637 nt of DNA from Escherichia coli (GTDB taxonomy: Bacteria > Pseudomonadota > Gammaproteobacteria > Enterobacterales > Enterobacteriaceae). The stretch lies in assembly GCF_003334385.1 (NCBI RefSeq), contig NZ_QOWN01000158.1; one strand, given 5' to 3'. The notes beneath the pieces are model-generated. The model saw nothing but the letters and a program-made list of their open reading frames with translations. It was not told the origin of the DNA and did not search any database. This document shows, piece by piece, positions 1 to 637 of the stretch (the stretch's first letter is position 1; each line of letters begins with the position of its first letter). A program made the position numbers and the translations under genes.

Positions 1-88
1 TTGCGTTTTGTAGGCTGTCAGGGATACTGTCCCACGAATGGCCACCTGTAAGCTCCAGATGACCATTTTTGTTATTCTCCACAACGAG

Positions 89-637
89 TTAGTTCTTCTT
101 TTCGGATCCGGCACTTCTGGGGGGGAAATCCAGCGATGGCTGGATTATGTCGTCAATTAAAAATGCGGCGAGTAGATTAGCAAATATCCACGCTTTCGCG
201 AGTTCAGGTTCCTTTGCACGCAAAGCATCCAGGTGCAGCAAACTTTTGAGCCGCTTAAAAGCCAGTTCAATTTGCCATCGCAGACGGTAACAATCAGCCA
301 CTTGCTCTGCTGAATATTCATCTTCCGGTAATGATGTTAGCAATAGCACATGGCCCGCTGCTTCCAGCGTTTCCGCCTGAACTACTCGTCCTTTTCGACG
401 ATTCTCGCTGAGCAGTCGGGTTTTACTGATTAATGCTTTTTCGGGAGGAAGTGATACGGCAATGAGACGTGCCGGAAAGGGAGCTCCGGCTTTTTTATTA
501 CCTGAATTGCCTATCATTACAGTGGTTTCACCGTTCTTACCGCAATCCAGCCCGCGCAGAAAACCCATCATGTCAAAGCGCATTCCTTCTGCAGTTAACC
601 AGCGCAATCCTCGCCAGTGAACCCGGACGATATAATC
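89..637 (-). CDS. insL: IS4-family DDE transposase, IS186-type, C-terminal part only (5' end of gene lies beyond the right window edge)
   Basis: Minus-strand ORF with TAA stop at 89..91. The reading frame stays open from 607 to the window edge at 637 (upstream codons read DYIVRVHWRG, no stop). The track start at 605..607 is TTG, not ATG, so it is an internal Leu codon. The translation contains YRLRWQIELAFKRLK, an exact fit to the IS4-family Y-(2)-R-(3)-E-(6)-K signature that carries the catalytic Glu of the DDE triad. The whole visible peptide matches what I recall of the E. coli IS186 transposase InsL; this is recall, not a database search. Confidence 0.88.
   Translation of the reverse strand, partial: DYIVRVHWRGLRWLTAEGMRFDMMGFLRGLDCGKNGETTVMIGNSGNKKAGAPFPARLIAVSLPPEKALISKTRLLSENRRKGRVVQAETLEAAGHVLLLTSLPEDEYSAEQVADCYRLRWQIELAFKRLKSLLHLDALRAKEPELAKAWIFANLLAAFLIDDIIQPSLDFPPRSAGSEKKN
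245..289 (-). other. YREK catalytic signature of IS4-family transposase (Tyr 287..289, Arg 278..280, Glu 266..268, Lys 245..247)
   Basis: Direct translation of the minus strand: tac cgt ctg cga tgg caa att gaa ctg gct ttt aag cgg ctc aaa gives Y R L R W Q I E L A F K R L K, with spacing Y-2-R-3-E-6-K. Confidence 0.85.

Larger units (their letters stand above)
1..637 (-). mobile_element. Internal segment of an IS186-like (IS4 family) insertion sequence; neither terminus visible
   Basis: The transposase C-terminal region fills 89..637, followed by 88 bp of non-coding sequence (1..88) with no recognisable terminal inverted repeat. In IS4-family elements the inverted repeats flank the transposase gene, and the IS186 arm beyond the stop is longer than 88 bp as I recall it, so the end is expected left of position 1. 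Confidence 0.78.

Noticed and set aside
21-33. Small hairpin GGGA-TACTG-TCCC as a possible transcription terminator for the transposase
   Set aside because: The stem is only 4 bp and there is no T/U-run after it on the transposase strand, so it does not look like an intrinsic terminator.
1-88. Searched for the terminal inverted repeat and the IS/host junction
   Set aside because: No sequence here matches the IS186 terminal repeat as I recall it (CATAAGCGCTAACTTAAGGGTTG or its reverse complement), and the 88-bp arm is shorter than expected, so the terminus is probably left of position 1.
38-160. Antisense 40-codon ORF on the plus strand (ATG at 38, TAA at 158..160) overlapping the transposase 3' end
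   Set aside because: It is short, has no obvious ribosome-binding site and is fully embedded antisense to a conserved transposase gene; it is most likely a spurious ORF.
605-607. Apparent start codon of the 172-aa ORF
   Set aside because: It is TTG on the minus strand with the frame open upstream to the window edge, so it is an internal Leu codon, not the true start.
631-636. Perfect TATAAT hexamer on the plus strand
   Set aside because: It lies inside the transposase coding sequence, antisense to it. There is no convincing -35 (TTGACA-like) element 16 to 18 bp upstream and no TG extended -10; it is most likely a chance match.
1-637. Possibility of a novel defence or accessory system
   Set aside because: The only substantial ORF is a recognisable IS4-family transposase fragment and the remainder is its non-coding arm; nothing is left unexplained that could encode a system.

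Overview
This window looks like an internal piece of an IS4-family insertion sequence, most probably IS186 from E. coli/Shigella-type Enterobacteriaceae, and I see no novel system in it. The minus strand carries the 3' part of the transposase gene (stop at 89..91, frame still open at the right window edge, so the N-terminal half lies beyond base 637). The 15-residue IS4-family signature Y-x2-R-x3-E-x6-K (YRLRWQIELAFKRLK) is directly readable at 245..289. Bases 1..88 are the non-coding stretch after the transposase stop; no terminal inverted repeat, target-site duplication or host flank is visible, so both element ends are probably outside the window. The IS186 name rests on my recollection of the InsL protein sequence, not on a search; the family-level call rests on the motif itself.
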